A DNA stretch of 57,755 nt, counting the filler, from Sphacelaria rigidula (taxonomy: Eukaryota): NCBI GenBank assembly GCA_964200075.2. It is 5 parts of 5 records of this genome, joined end to end, with 100 filler letters (N's around TTAATTAATTAA, not from the genome) between each part and the next. Parts side by side here need not be neighbours in the genome. Positions count along the whole stretch, not along the records: positions 11,573 to 23,044 come from CAXNAA020004886.1; positions 23,145 to 34,615 come from CAXNAA020004887.1; 3 more parts are not named here. One strand, written 5' to 3'. The notes under the pieces were generated by a model. That model did no database searches and had not been told where the DNA came from. It saw only the letters and a program-made list of their open reading frames with translations. Shown here one piece after another: positions 13,135 through 25,404 of the stretch. The first letter of the stretch is position 1. The number at the start of each line of letters is the position of its first letter. The translations under genes were made by a program, and so were the position numbers.

Positions 13135-14330
13135 CACGCAAAGAAACTGCCGCTATTCAGGGCAGTACCGCTATTACCGAATAATGCCAAAAGTGAAAAA
13201 TGCCGCTATTGGGGCCCCGATAGCGGCCCTTTGGCCGTTATTGAGGAAAACGCTTCTTCCTCGCATAGAAAACAACACCTTATCACGGAATCTCTTCCCC
13301 TGGGCGCTACAAACTGGTGTTTTGCTAAGTACGTATGATCGTGTGTCATTGCCATCGCGTTTGTTTCAACTCAAAATGATTACTTTGCAGCAGTTATTTA
13401 GTTGTTGTGTTGTGCATCCGCGTGGAAGCGCTCCGATTTCTGTCCACCACTAGTGTCGGAACAGTAACGCGCAGCGGTGATATATTTGGTGGACCATATA
13501 GGAAGGGTCTGAATACATGGGCAAAAACAAGCTGACAGCGCTAAGCCAGAAGCATCAACGCATGCGGACATCAAACATCACCCCCCCCCCTCTGGTACAT
13601 CAACGCCTGCCGTTGTGACGTATCGCCGCAGGCGTCTACCACAAATAAATTCCATGATTCAAATATATTCCGCTATGGTCCGATGGACGCTCTGATGTCC
13701 GACTGCCGTCCCGGTGTAGCGGCCTCCGTTGCAAGGAAACCCAGCTTTGCCTTGCGGAGAAAAAGGCCGACCTCCTCAATGCCACACGACTCTGCGTACT
13801 TTTCTAGGGGGCCAAAATGCAGAGACAGCTCCGCGTACGACGGCGGCGCCACACTTTTCCGACTCCCGTGCTCTGAGTATCTTTGCTGCTAACTAGCTCT
13901 ACCTCCTCGTCAGAAGGGCGATGTTCTCGAATGAGCGTGTTATTAACCTTTTCAATAAGAATATCGTTCTCGTCTTAAGCCAAAGCCCATCAGCGCAGCG
14001 AACGTACCCATCCCTCTCTCCCAGTGACGAATTATCGGGAAGTTTACATAGTTCTAGATCCGCACATGCTGGCATGATACGTGTGAGCAGGTGGTTGTAG
14101 CGCCCACCGCCGTCGTGGTGTGTGTGTGTGTGTGTTGCAGGGTGACGGAGGGGTCCTTCTAACAGCAGATTACCGCTATTGGGGGGGCGAACCACCCCAA
14201 AATGCCGCTATTGACGGCTTGACCCTGAATATCGGCAAAATACCGCTATTCAGGGTCAAGATTGTGCAAGAGATCTTTATGCCGCTATATCGGGCGTTTC
14301 GCCATTCAGGATGCCGCTACATCGGGGCAT
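13135..14330. repeat. Two clusters of a (T)GCCGCTATT motif (13135-13230, 14170-14330), probably subterminal repeats of a DNA transposon
   Basis: About nine copies of RCCGCTAT(T) or close variants; the left cluster begins CACGCAAAG. Confidence 0.5.
13680..13890 (-). pseudogene. C-terminal fragment resembling a pogo/Tigger-type transposase
   Basis: The minus frame reads APPSYAELSLHFGPLEKYAESCGIEEVGLFLRKAKLGFL...RQSDIRAS, a helical tail ending in a PIP-box-like RQxDIRx. Recognised from memory, not by a search. Confidence 0.4.
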
Positions 14331-14332
14331 CT

Positions 14333-14722
14333 ACTGTACTTCACTCGGATGCGCCGACAGTGGACATCTTCGGAAAAAATATGCAGCCCTACCATGGAAC
14401 CACTCGCAAGAAACTATACGTACTTAATGTTCCATATACCCGGGTTGCTACAGCCAACACACGGACTTGTGAACATGCACATTGTACGCGAGCCAAGTTA
14501 GCAGGTGAGTAATACTGAATACCATTTAATGTACAGTTCCATCGCATGCGCCGACAGTGCATATCTTGGGAAAAAATATGCATCCACACCGTAGAACCAC
14601 TCGGAAGAAAATATACGTACTTCATGTTTCATGTGTGCGGGTTGCTACAGCCAGCGTCCGGACATGTGAACATACGTTGTACCCGGGCCCCACAGGTTAA
14701 CAGGTGAGGGAGCTGAATACTG
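14333..14722 (+). repeat. Diverged tandem duplication, ~197-bp unit x2
   Basis: ATGCGCCGACAGTG..GGAAAAAATATGCA..GAACCACTCG..TATACGTACTT..CGGGTTGCTACAGCCA..GTGAACAT..CAGGTGAG..CTGAATAC occurs twice. Confidence 0.85.
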
Positions 14723-15384
14723 TTTTCTTGCACACTTGATCCGGATCTCACGTGTGCGGGAAAGGGTTTCTTGTATACTAGACTCGGATTCAACAGGCAG
14801 GGGGTGACTTTTGGTGTACATAAGATACAAATCGCGCGAGTCGACGACAAGCTACTGCGCTTGCCTGACCCGAGTGATATAAATGACAACGATGTGGTTT
14901 TGAGTGATGCTGCGATAGGGTCTGCGCTTTTGCGGTCTGAGAGGAAATCGGGATTTAGGCATGTCGAATCACCTTTGACTCTCACCACAGTTCTTAGAGC
15001 CTCAGGGCGGAACATGCATCCATGACCCATGAGATAATTCCGTCTGAGGTTCGGGCGGAGGTCACAATGTTCTCAGACATTGAATTTTCTCAGGCCGGTT
15101 TTGGCCCCAAAAGTGCAGACCCTATCGCAGTATCACTCTTTTGTACAGATGACAGGTCTGCAGATCAGTTGTACACGAAAGTGTGTGTGTGAAGTGGGTC
15201 GTACAGCTCGTCGTTCGGCAAATATGTACGGGTCAAGTGGGCCCTACGGATCAGCATCGGACAAACGTGCACGGGTGACAGCTCACCTCGGACGGATAAT
15301 GATTTTTGCCCCAAATGGGCTGACCCGGATATGTCACGAGCTGATCCGTCCGACGTGTGAAAAACAACCAGATCATATGACCCC

Positions 15385-15457
15385 ACCGAGATTCGGACCC
15401 ACGACCCAACCGTCAGGAGGTTCCGGGGTTACCAACTGAGCGACTGGGGCGATCAGC
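15385..15457 (-). mobile_element. Isolated, degenerate SINE tRNA head
   Basis: ACCCACGACCCAACCGTCA..GGTTACCAACTGAGC..GGGGCGA matches 3337-3392. Confidence 0.7.
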
Positions 15458-17405
15458 TATATGAATAAGATAAACATCTTATTCGATTTGATATTTCACT
15501 GGTCGTTTCTCAGACCTATTGCTTTAGCAAACGGGGCAAGAAAGCTACAATAGATTCGTCCCAGGTGGAGGATGCACGGTGTCACGACACCTTCTTGCAT
15601 TTTGCACGAACCGTGCTAATTTCTGTGTGCAATACCTCACCCCTTCAACTCCCAGGGTGGGTCACGCCTTGAATCGGCCCGATTTTCGGTTGAAAAATGA
15701 AAAGTAGCACCAGCGGGCGGTGAAACTACTGTTGTACAGTGAGAAAATTAAACACGACACATGCCCCTCAAGATGCATGCGGCATTTTTCTGAGATTGAC
15801 ATGTTGGCCATGTATAGTAGTCACAGAAGCAGAAAAATGTGCCGTCTACAGCGCTCGTTGTGCGTGGGTTGTGACAGCTCTATTCGAGCTCTATTTCCCC
15901 AGTACCCTGGACAGTCGGACCAACTTCGATGATAATACCGACAGTGAGGGCACCACACTCCTACACCTATCAGTAGAGTTGAACGGAGTTAGACTACAAT
16001 CCGACATGACTTGATTCGAGGGTCAACGATAATCGGATCTTCAGGGTGGCTTGACAGTCCTTTGTGCTCCCAGCATGCGCAGAAGGCGTTTTCGTCGAAA
16101 TCGGCACCACAGGCGCCGAGTTGAGGTCTACCAATGCACACTTTGCCTGGGGAACCTTGCGCACCTCTCTTGCCCGAGTGTTTTACGTATGCCTTGGGTT
16201 GGGGTTAGGGTTACGGTTAGCGATAATAGCAAAATATGCCAACCATGGACATAATGTTGCCCAAAGGGGGTTCACATGATACTCCGAGTCACTGTTGTCG
16301 TACAGGAAAAAAACACCAGACATGAAACGCAGCAGCACATCACATAGAACGCGGAGACACAGGTAATGGAATAGACAGCACTGGAAACTGGGAACAACTT
16401 TACCTACAGTGAGGTCAAACCACCACTCCAGCACTCGGGAAATGTCCATGATACTCCAAGTCGACGGCCGTCGAAGACATGAGACATACCCTTACTGTCT
16501 GTAGCACGTAGCAGTAGCTCGGACAGAGCGCGGAGTCGCAATACAGATACAACAGATAGTACCATGCCGTAGCTTACCGTACCGTAAGTAACTTCACACA
16601 ACTCATACGCCTACCTAAACAGGGACGCTATCGCAGAGCGCTGCTCCGATGCCGAGCTAACCACGACGACGTATGTCTATGTTCACTGTTTGCTGCTAGC
16701 TTCGCCTGTTACGTCCGATATCGTTTTCTGCTTCTGCCTGGACAGGCAGAACTCAAGAACCTGCTTGTAAAATAGAACCAGTTCAACACAACATTTGTGC
16801 AGACCCGCCGGTCCGAACAACATAACTTTTGAATCCACATGCGCACAAGCGAGCAGACACATAGCTTGCGCGCACAGTAGCATACAGCAGACACATAGCG
16901 TGCACATAGCATATGGCATAGCATGCACACACACACGCCTGTTGCAAACTCTAATGGATTTTGTAGACAGATGTACCCTGTCTTGGTAAGACACGGCCGA
17001 AACGAGGAAGAGATATCCGGAGAAAAAATGCATTTCTATGAACATGGCACTTTTTATTTGGTTGTGAAACGTATGCGATGATCTATCACAGCGTCTGCTG
17101 ATGAAGATTCCTTCAGGGTGCTCGACTGTGTAGTCACTATCACTGAATATTCACTGGTACAACATGGGCTCTGTACAGCGAGGAGCAAGCCGGTTCTTGA
17201 CGTCAAAATGGAAAATTACCTTCAAATTTGTACAAATGATAGGTCTACATCTGTCACAGACTTATTGGTCAGTTTTCAATCGACTATGATAGTGTCCATA
17301 TGTCATATATCGTTACTCTTAGTATCTGCGATGGCGCATACTTGGTTCATACTACACTTTGTTTCCTAGATTTCGACTTGGCTGCCAGCTCCCATCTGTT
17401 TACAA

Positions 17406-18297
17406 CACACGCGGCCATTTGGCTACCGCCAAACTTCCTCCAGGTGGGTACACTTTTCGAGCCTTCAGAGGATTAAACGCCTCCGGAGGGGTGCGCGGTC
17501 CTCCAGAGAGGAGATTTTTTGGTTCCCTCAGAGGGGTTGAACGCCTCCGGAGGTTTATTCTCCGGAGGGCCGCGCATACCCCAAAATTCCTCCGGAGGGG
17601 TGCACGGACCTCCGGGTCGGTAGAGTTTGGTCTCCTCTAGAGGTATGGAAGGCCTCCGGAGGCTTGTTTCCCCCCTGGAGGGCCGGGCGTCCCTCTGGAG
17701 GCATTTTGGGGTGTAACCAAATGGCGGCCGGCGTATATTTGCCTGTACGGGTGGATTCGCAGAACCTGCCTGTCTGTACCGTAGAACCAATTCCACAACA
17801 CGTTTGAGCAGACCCGCCAGTCTAAGAACGAACACATTTTTGCATCATACAACAGACCACCACATGTACACGCACAGTACTACAAGCCAAAAACACCCAG
17901 AGAGAAAGAGATACGATCCTCACCAGCAGCCTTTCAACTCATCGTACACGCTTGGCAGGCAGGCAATCCACCTGCTTTTGTGTGTACAGATGGGTTGTTG
18001 GTAAATACTCCTTAGACAGTCAGTACAACACTATTATACTACCGCAAATATTGTTCGCACTACAGACCAAAACGCATACGGTGGATACTGTAATGTATTG
18101 CGATGACTCCAGCGTGTACTGTTCATAAAGCCCTATGCAATTTTTTTTATCGTCTGCGCATATTTAGGATAAAATAACTCGCACTGCTCTTCTTTTTGTA
18201 TCTAATGTAATCCCTGCACCCGGGTGATCGAAGTATCATGGCAGGAAACTTCAGTTATGGGGCAGATATACGCCGGCAGGCCAAATGGCCGCGTGTG
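17406..18297. mobile_element. Non-autonomous TIR element (EnSpm/CMC-like) with an internal array of palindromic CCTCCGGAGG motifs
   Basis: Perfect 18-bp TIR CACACGCGGCCATTTGGC (17406-17423 and 18280-18297) with AA on both flanks. Confidence 0.75.
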
Positions 18298-18546
18298 AAA
18301 ATTTTTAGGAGAGATCCCAACAAGTACATGTGACGAAAGAAATGCGTGGTCAATTGTCAAATAACTAAGGCACTCAAAAAATGAGTACTATTGATGATCG
18401 GATATTGCCCCCGCGGCCCCCAGCAGCCAAAAGCACGTGAAATACGACTATGCGCCCCCTCGTCGAGTAGACTTGGTTCTCATCGGCCACCTACAATCCG
18501 AAAAAATGCCCGACACTGAGCTCCACGCCGTGGTCGCCGCCGACTA

Positions 18547-20070
18547 CTAATGTACCGTCCGCCTGAAGGGGTGAGGCGTTCGGCGGAATGCAACACGCGT
18601 GCTGTACAAAAACTGATATCCTGGGCAAAATTGAAGGGGTGCAAGGTCGAGTCCAGAGCTGCCCCTCTCCATGTTGTGTATATCGTGCTCTAAATCTCCC
18701 CTTGCTTCAGCCATACACACGAAGATGTAGCAGCCGCTGAAGCGTAGCATCGTCCTTCCACGCCACTCCAACGCTTTTCCACACCTCATTCCATGCTGCC
18801 AGTTCGCTCCCACCAGAAAACATCCCCGTCGAGTCGTCAATGGCGCGCTTGGCTTGACAGCACCGAAGAGGTCCCACGCTGCCGAGTCTCCTTGGATGTT
18901 GGGGTGGTCGATGTCAACAGCTCCGAGTCTTGGGGAACCGTTAAACACGAATCGTACCCACGGCGCATCCGGTGAAGGCCGAGATCGTCCTTCGCAAGAT
19001 AGAGTACTCTTGTTTTCCCTGAAGAAACTCGTTGCCGGAATAAATTCATTGAATAATCCATCGACCACCCTCTGATCCATACCTTCCGTACCCTCTACTC
19101 TGGGTGGAAACGAATCGGCATTACCGCCGACCCTAGGATCTTCATCGTAGGTATCCTACCGTTACTAGGGTTAGCAGCCTTCAAAAATCCTGTTCCTTGT
19201 CGTTGTAACTTACTTGCTACATTACCCACGTCACTAACTATCTCCATCGATGCTTCGATGCGTAGCTCCCCCCCTGACCCGGTGTCCAGTAATACCGTCA
19301 CTGGCAGGCGGTGGCTACTCTTGCTGTGGTGCCAGACTTGGGCTCGTATCCATAGCTGCTGCGCATCACCCTTCCTTGCTCCAGCTAAAAATGGCGTTCA
19401 ATCCCCTCCGATGCTGCCAAAATCCCACTGTTCCGGCATCAACAATTTTTCAAGACTGGATCCCTGGGGGGATACAGCTTGTCTCGGAGTGGATTGGACC
19501 AACGTTGATCGAACATGATTCCTCGGTGCAGGGCTGCATCATAGTAGCGTGCTCGGCAACTTGTTCATCCTCACTTGCGCAGCAGGGGTGGCCCCGGACG
19601 GGTGAAATGACGCATATCATGAATGTGCATGCGTACCCACTGGCTTAGGTGGGATCTAGTACCTAAATAAATGCTAGAAAGCGGCGGCAGCGGCGGCAGC
19701 AGTTGGGCACCGGCTATGAATCCTGCTGGTTGCGCCTGGCCTGGGACGGACAAGGCTAACGGAGACCCAGATACTGGTGTATCTGCTGAATAAGCGGAGG
19801 AACCACCGGTTGTGAAAACTGGTGGTCAAGAGCAGTGATCAGGTTCCTCTGCGGCGCTTGAGCGGCGTCTTGTTGCAAAGGCGCAAAAAGACTGCTGCTG
19901 TTGTCGCGGCGTAGGAAAAAGCTGCAGTTGCGGACGCACAAAAGACTGATGCTGCTGAGGAAGTGCGGTCATCTGCTGCTGCATGGGAAGGTGTTTGCAC
20001 GGGAGACTGATGGACGGATCCCGCCGGGTAGAAGGACTGGGCTCGAGGGTTCAACGGGTTTCCACCCATT
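18547..20070 (-). mobile_element. Degenerate gag-protease region of a Ty3/gypsy-like LTR retrotransposon
   Basis: Retropepsin-like VLLDTGSG followed by AANP..MKILGSAVMPIRF and SFFRENKSTLS..PSPDAPWVRF, broken by stops and frameshifts. Pro/Gln-rich gag-like sequence lies upstream. No RT seen. Confidence 0.55.
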
Positions 20071-20435
20071 TTTCACCGATTCGGGGTTAGCTATGTGATA
20101 CTCGACACGTTAAACCTGCACGCACGTACCACATGGTGGATGTAACAACACCGATTTAAACACTACGGATTATTCATGACAGTGTATTGCAATCTCCATG
20201 ATCCAAGAGGGAGGTGTGTGGGGGAAATATTCCCAATCATCAACGGCGTGGGGAACGATGTAACAAGTAACATAGACAGCAGCGCTCCACCAGCATATAG
20301 TGATATCGGACAAAAGAAAGGGGAAGGAGAACGAAGGGAACAACAATATGACCGGTAAGATAGGTTAACGCGTGTGCATTTGGTCAAAGTAACACGTGTC
20401 GGGGAGAGCCAAGGACAATTTCCTGGGCTCCGACT

Positions 20436-20740
20436 CCTGTCAACCTGCTCGGACACGCACGGGAAATCCTGTATCCCTGTCAACCTGTTCCGACATACAT
20501 TGGAAATCCTGATTCCCTGTCAATCTGTTCGGACACGCATGGGAAATCTGGTATCCCTGTCAACCGCTCGGACACGCATGGGAGACTCTGACTCCCTGTC
20601 AACCTGTTCGGACACGCGTGGGACATCCTGTATCCCTGTCAACCTGTTCCGGACACATGAGAAATCCGGGTTCCCTGTCAACCTGTTCGGACACGCATGG
20701 GAAATCCTGGCCCCCCAGTCAACCGTTCGAACAAGCATGG
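20436..20740 (+). repeat. Tandem minisatellite, ~40-bp unit x ~8
   Basis: Consensus CCTGTCAACCTGTTCGGACACGCATGGGAAATCCTGTATC repeated head to tail. Confidence 0.92.
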
Positions 20741-23044
20741 TCTTGACATTTTGAGCCTTCGTCCTCATTCGTTTTCCTGTATGCAATGATTTCTTGCCTG
20801 TTTGCTGTATGGTGCAAGCATATTCCTGGTCCATACAACTTTTTCGTTTATCCACTCCATGTTCGGCTTACATGCTAGTAACATGCATAGTATCCACGAT
20901 AAGTACACTCATCGTTTAGTACCAGCCAACAACCCTCGTCGGTTTCTTTCCGGTGTACATCTTGCGGCAAAGGAATGTGTGGAACCCCTGGGCCCTCAAG
21001 ACCAGAAGAATGTAGCCCTGTTCCGGCGATGGTCATAGCACGCACGGATAGACGGTCAACTTTGGATTGACTGTCGGGTCCGGCACAGTAGACGGTCACC
21101 GGGAGCTGACGGAGCATCCGTCTGGCAGCCTCGTGCAGACCTCTTGGCTCGCAGTTTCCTTCGTAGCCGCCCAATCGTTGTGGAGTTGAGTTGATTATCC
21201 GCTTCATAGGTGGCTACTGGGAAATTGGTAGACGGTCCTATTTTTTGAATATCATCAACGACTGATGCTGGCCACATGCAGCCCAGTGGCCGTTGATCCA
21301 CCACTGCGGGTCATAGCAATCAAAGTATGATATATTTAGCAGTGTGCATGGAAACGATCACCCATGTATTCATAATTTTTAATATGTACGAGTACATGGT
21401 TGAGTTTGACATCTTCACAATTGGAGCAAAGGACACATAGCCCTGAAGCTTGTTCAGCATGCACGACTCGTCCATATCCTTTTTGTCATCCATCCTGGGC
21501 GTAAACGATCAAACGGGGCGGGGTGCCACGTGGGGTCATATCCTTTTTTTCATGACAATAAAACATTCCAAATCAATGATCTGCTCCCCCCCCTGACTGG
21601 AGTAGAGCAAATACCTCACACTGCGTTCATTTAAGCCTCGTAATTTCCGTTCACGACAAATCGGCTTCACATGGTAGCCTGCTCTGTAGCAGGTATGCAC
21701 AACCAGTATGACTCCACGGTTTCCCAACAACTTCGCGCATTAGCGGACAGCCGATTAACGCTGTTATTCCCTCTCAGTTGCATACACGGTCATGCATGAG
21801 ATGCGGTGGTAGATGGCTCCCACCATACAACACATGCGTTATCCATTCAGCAATAAATTTGGCGGGCAACATCTCGGAAGCTCCCCGTTTTACCTCCCTT
21901 TTTTTCATGCGATATCAATTTATCGGAATCAGGCCTGCCTTTAAGATGTGCCGGCCAATAGTTTACCTCTGGCAACACGACCATCACTACAATATGTGTC
22001 CTCTCAGTATATATTCTCGAACTAACAGTGCACGGCCGAGGTGACCTCGGAATCTTCCGCATACATAATCACCGTCCTGCTTGTTTCATTCCAGCGTTAC
22101 TGCAAATTCACGTATGGCCAATATAGTAACCGTAAACTTGATGGATAAAGAAAGCATAGCATTGCTCCTTCCGGCTGTATCACGCTGCAGTAAGCAGACG
22201 TACAACAGCTGTTGCATGGAGGGGTACAAAAAAGCGGTATAGAAAGTAAGGGTTTCCTATTATTAGCCGTTGGCTCATGTCAAGTCAACCCAGCTAACAG
22301 ATCTGACTCGTACTAATGAAAGTATCAAATTGGATTGCACTGTGGCGTGAAGCACGATACGGTGTCGCGTTCTCCCCGCAGGAACAGGAGGTGCAACAGC
22401 AGCTGCGGCTTGGTGCCCAAAGCACACACAGCGATGTCTCATCACACGACACTTTCATAGCTTACAGCAGCAGCTGCGTGAGTTGTGAACACGTCCAGGG
22501 TTGCTTCACCCAACGCCTCGGTACCCACATTGCACTTTCTAGTCATCGTATGTTGGCTTGGTTCCTCACCCCACAGATGGCTAGGTCGCCTATAGGCTAG
22601 TGCGGAACAATGGACCCGCACAGACGTAATTGAATATTGCCGACCTAAACACTAGTGCATGTGTACGTGGATTAATTCGGGTACATGCGGTGCAGATTGA
22701 TGATATATCATGGGCACCGGATGTCGTGTGCATGTCGGATTGTGCTATGACTGGATGTATGACATTTGAGGGAACACACAGTACGTTCATGCCCTCCAGG
22801 ATTATTCTTGTTCTGTCCGTTTTTGGGATTGCATTTGGGGTGAGAGTGAGCAGCTCGGGTGGAGCGTGCACGGTTGATGTTTGGTGAGTGAAGGATATAT
22901 ATAAGAGTCTCACGGTTAGGACAAATCAGAATTCATACGAGTCAACTCCTCTTGACGTGAAAGCAGTGATGCCGTATAAACCGTTGGTCCCGCTGAGTCG
23001 AGGGTGGATAACACATAGCAGCGTAGTCATCTTGCGCGCATTAC

Positions 23045-23144
23045 NNNNNNNNNNNNNNNNNNNNNNNNNNNNNNNNNNNNNNNNNNNNTTAATTAATTAA
23101 NNNNNNNNNNNNNNNNNNNNNNNNNNNNNNNNNNNNNNNNNNNN
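23045..23144. other. Artificial contig linker
   Basis: N44-TTAATTAATTAA-N44. Confidence 0.98.
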
Positions 23145-23300
23145 CCGGGACGGAGCACGCCGGGTTTTCGCCGTACCAGGCTCGCGCTCAATCACCAAGC
23201 GCGAAGTGCCGTGGTGTGTTCGGCGAGTTGCATGAAGGGTGAGCTGCATCCGGCTGACATTGTTCGGCCCGAGGCCTACTGATTATTTTGCATTTGGATG
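23145..23300 (-). repeat. Upstream part of the poly-C-linked repeat, reverse orientation
   Basis: The reverse complement aligns to 34405-34552 (GGGCCGAACA..GGATGCAGCTCACCCTTCATGC..GCGAGC..GTGCTCCGTCC). Confidence 0.85.
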
Positions 23301-23464
23301 ACAGCCAACAATGAGTTGCTTTATTGTCTGGTATCGCCACTTCCTGAGACAGTCACGGCTTACACCCTGCCTCATGGGTGTCTCACCATTTACACACTGC
23401 GTGGTACGATCATTCCCATTGTGAGGAGTTGAGGTGTGTGTGAGGGGGAATTGACCACACGGCA

Positions 23465-25219
23465 CCTTCATCTGTCGTGATTGCTGAACCATCTCGTTCG
23501 TGCCTGCTCCCAGACTGCACAGCACCTTGCTGCGCGTCAAGATAAACGTACTGTCGAGCCATGCCAAGATCGGGCTGCATCTATTAGGCCAAAACCTTTC
23601 TCATGTCGGGATTCCTAGACGTCGGAGCCGCCAGGAGTATTGGCCAGGGCGTGTCCGTTTCAAAATCAAGTCGGGAAATCTTGAGCCCACTGGATAACTA
23701 AACCTGCGGCATTTTCACATTCTATGCTAATTATTTTTTTAATGAGATAGGGGGCTCCTAAAACGATAAAATTGTGAGAAATCGTTTGTTTTACCCATAT
23801 AGTGGCATGACTCTATAATGGTACCTCGTTCCGTCCACAAACATGAAGAACATCCGATGGTTTTTTTTTGCCGCAGTGTACCTTATTGTGTCTAGCAGCG
23901 TGCGCCGTCAGTCCCTGCCGAAAGTCATCCTCAATCGCCCCTGTCGCTCCCGCCATCTCCAGCTTATTCTTTTCCCCTTGAATGCCCATGTCCTGTAACG
24001 ACATTCGTCATGCGGCACACGGCAGGGAACAGTCAGACCGCAGCCCACACAGACAGCGTATATTCGCTGAGCTGTTTTCGTGGGGGAAACGTCCACTCAT
24101 GCCGTGCCAAGCACGATGCATACTGGCAGCCGTCTCTCACGGCTTTAATATAGGGCAACAACATACACCCCCTCTCTTTCTCTTCCATCCATGTTCTTTT
24201 CCGCGGCGCTGGCACACCCCGCGCGTGGTCTTTTGATCTTGTACGTGCATCAAACCGTCTCGTCTGTACTTTGTTCTCATCTGTCCGAACTGGAAACGAA
24301 AGACTTGATTCATCCGTGGCTGAACAATACATCGGTATGAAGCAGTCGGAGTCTCGATCGCTCTACACTGAACACAAGCCTGTCTATTGGACGCCAGTAC
24401 TGTCTCCGCTGCTTCGTGTTGCATAGCAACAGTACAGACAGTGTGCAGCTGTCTTGACCGCACAAGAAGGGCCCAGCAGAGCGCACAGACCGTACACACT
24501 GAACAATAAACCACCTCCTTTGCTCATGTTTTTTTATGGTCAAGTTGTCGTTACCCATAATGGCCATAATGGTCAGGACACTTTCTACGATAGCCCCCCC
24601 CCCCCCCCCCAAAAGTGCATGGTTTTTGGGAGGAAATTTTTCACGTAAAACGACTTGGGAAAAACCGAGAACAANNNNNNNNNNCCCCCCCTTTTCCCCC
24701 GTTTTTTTATGGGCCATTTGTCGTTACCCAAAATGGCCCAAATGGTCAGGACACCTTTTCCAAAACCCCCCCCCCCCCCCCCCCAAAAGTGCATGGTTTT
24801 GGGAAGCAAATTTTTCACGTAAATCGACGTAGGAAAAGCCGAGAACAACGAGAAGCTGCGAATTTCCACGCTTGGGTTCGTTCTAGCCAATGTCGCTAAT
24901 ATGAGGCGCTTTATGCAGCATGGACCCGAACATCAGGCGCTGTACGGCCATTTTTTCCGTGACACGTTTAGCTGGTTTGGGGGGGGGGGGTATCGTAGAA
25001 AGTGTCTCAGATACGGCTAGCCTGCGAGGTAGTTGACCTGTAGTCGTTCTCTAGGGGGGAAACGTATCCAAATGGACTAATCACGCCAGTAAAAACGGGC
25101 GCTTCTCTGTTCTCGAGCTTGCTGCTGACTTCGAATTTTCCTCTGGAAACTCTCAGACAGACATGGTTGAGTTGGAAACCTTCTCAGTTGATCCGTGATC
25201 AGGCACTTTCCCATCCCTC

Positions 25220-25257
<38 letters not shown>

Positions 25258-25371
25258 TTGCCCCCCCCCCCCCGCCCGCCCCGCCCCCGCCCCCCACGCC
25301 GCACACTCACNNNNNNNNNNCAAAGTCATGGTGGCGTTGGCACCCCCCCCCCTCGCGCCCGCCGCCGGCTC

Positions 25372-25404
<33 letters not shown>

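Noticed and set aside
20436-20740. CRISPR-like array
   Set aside because: Units are homologous along their whole length with no unique spacers. No cas genes, and the context is eukaryotic.
24505-24850. ~180-bp tandem duplication
   Set aside because: The copies straddle a 10-N gap and differ mainly around poly-C runs, consistent with overlapping low-quality read ends.
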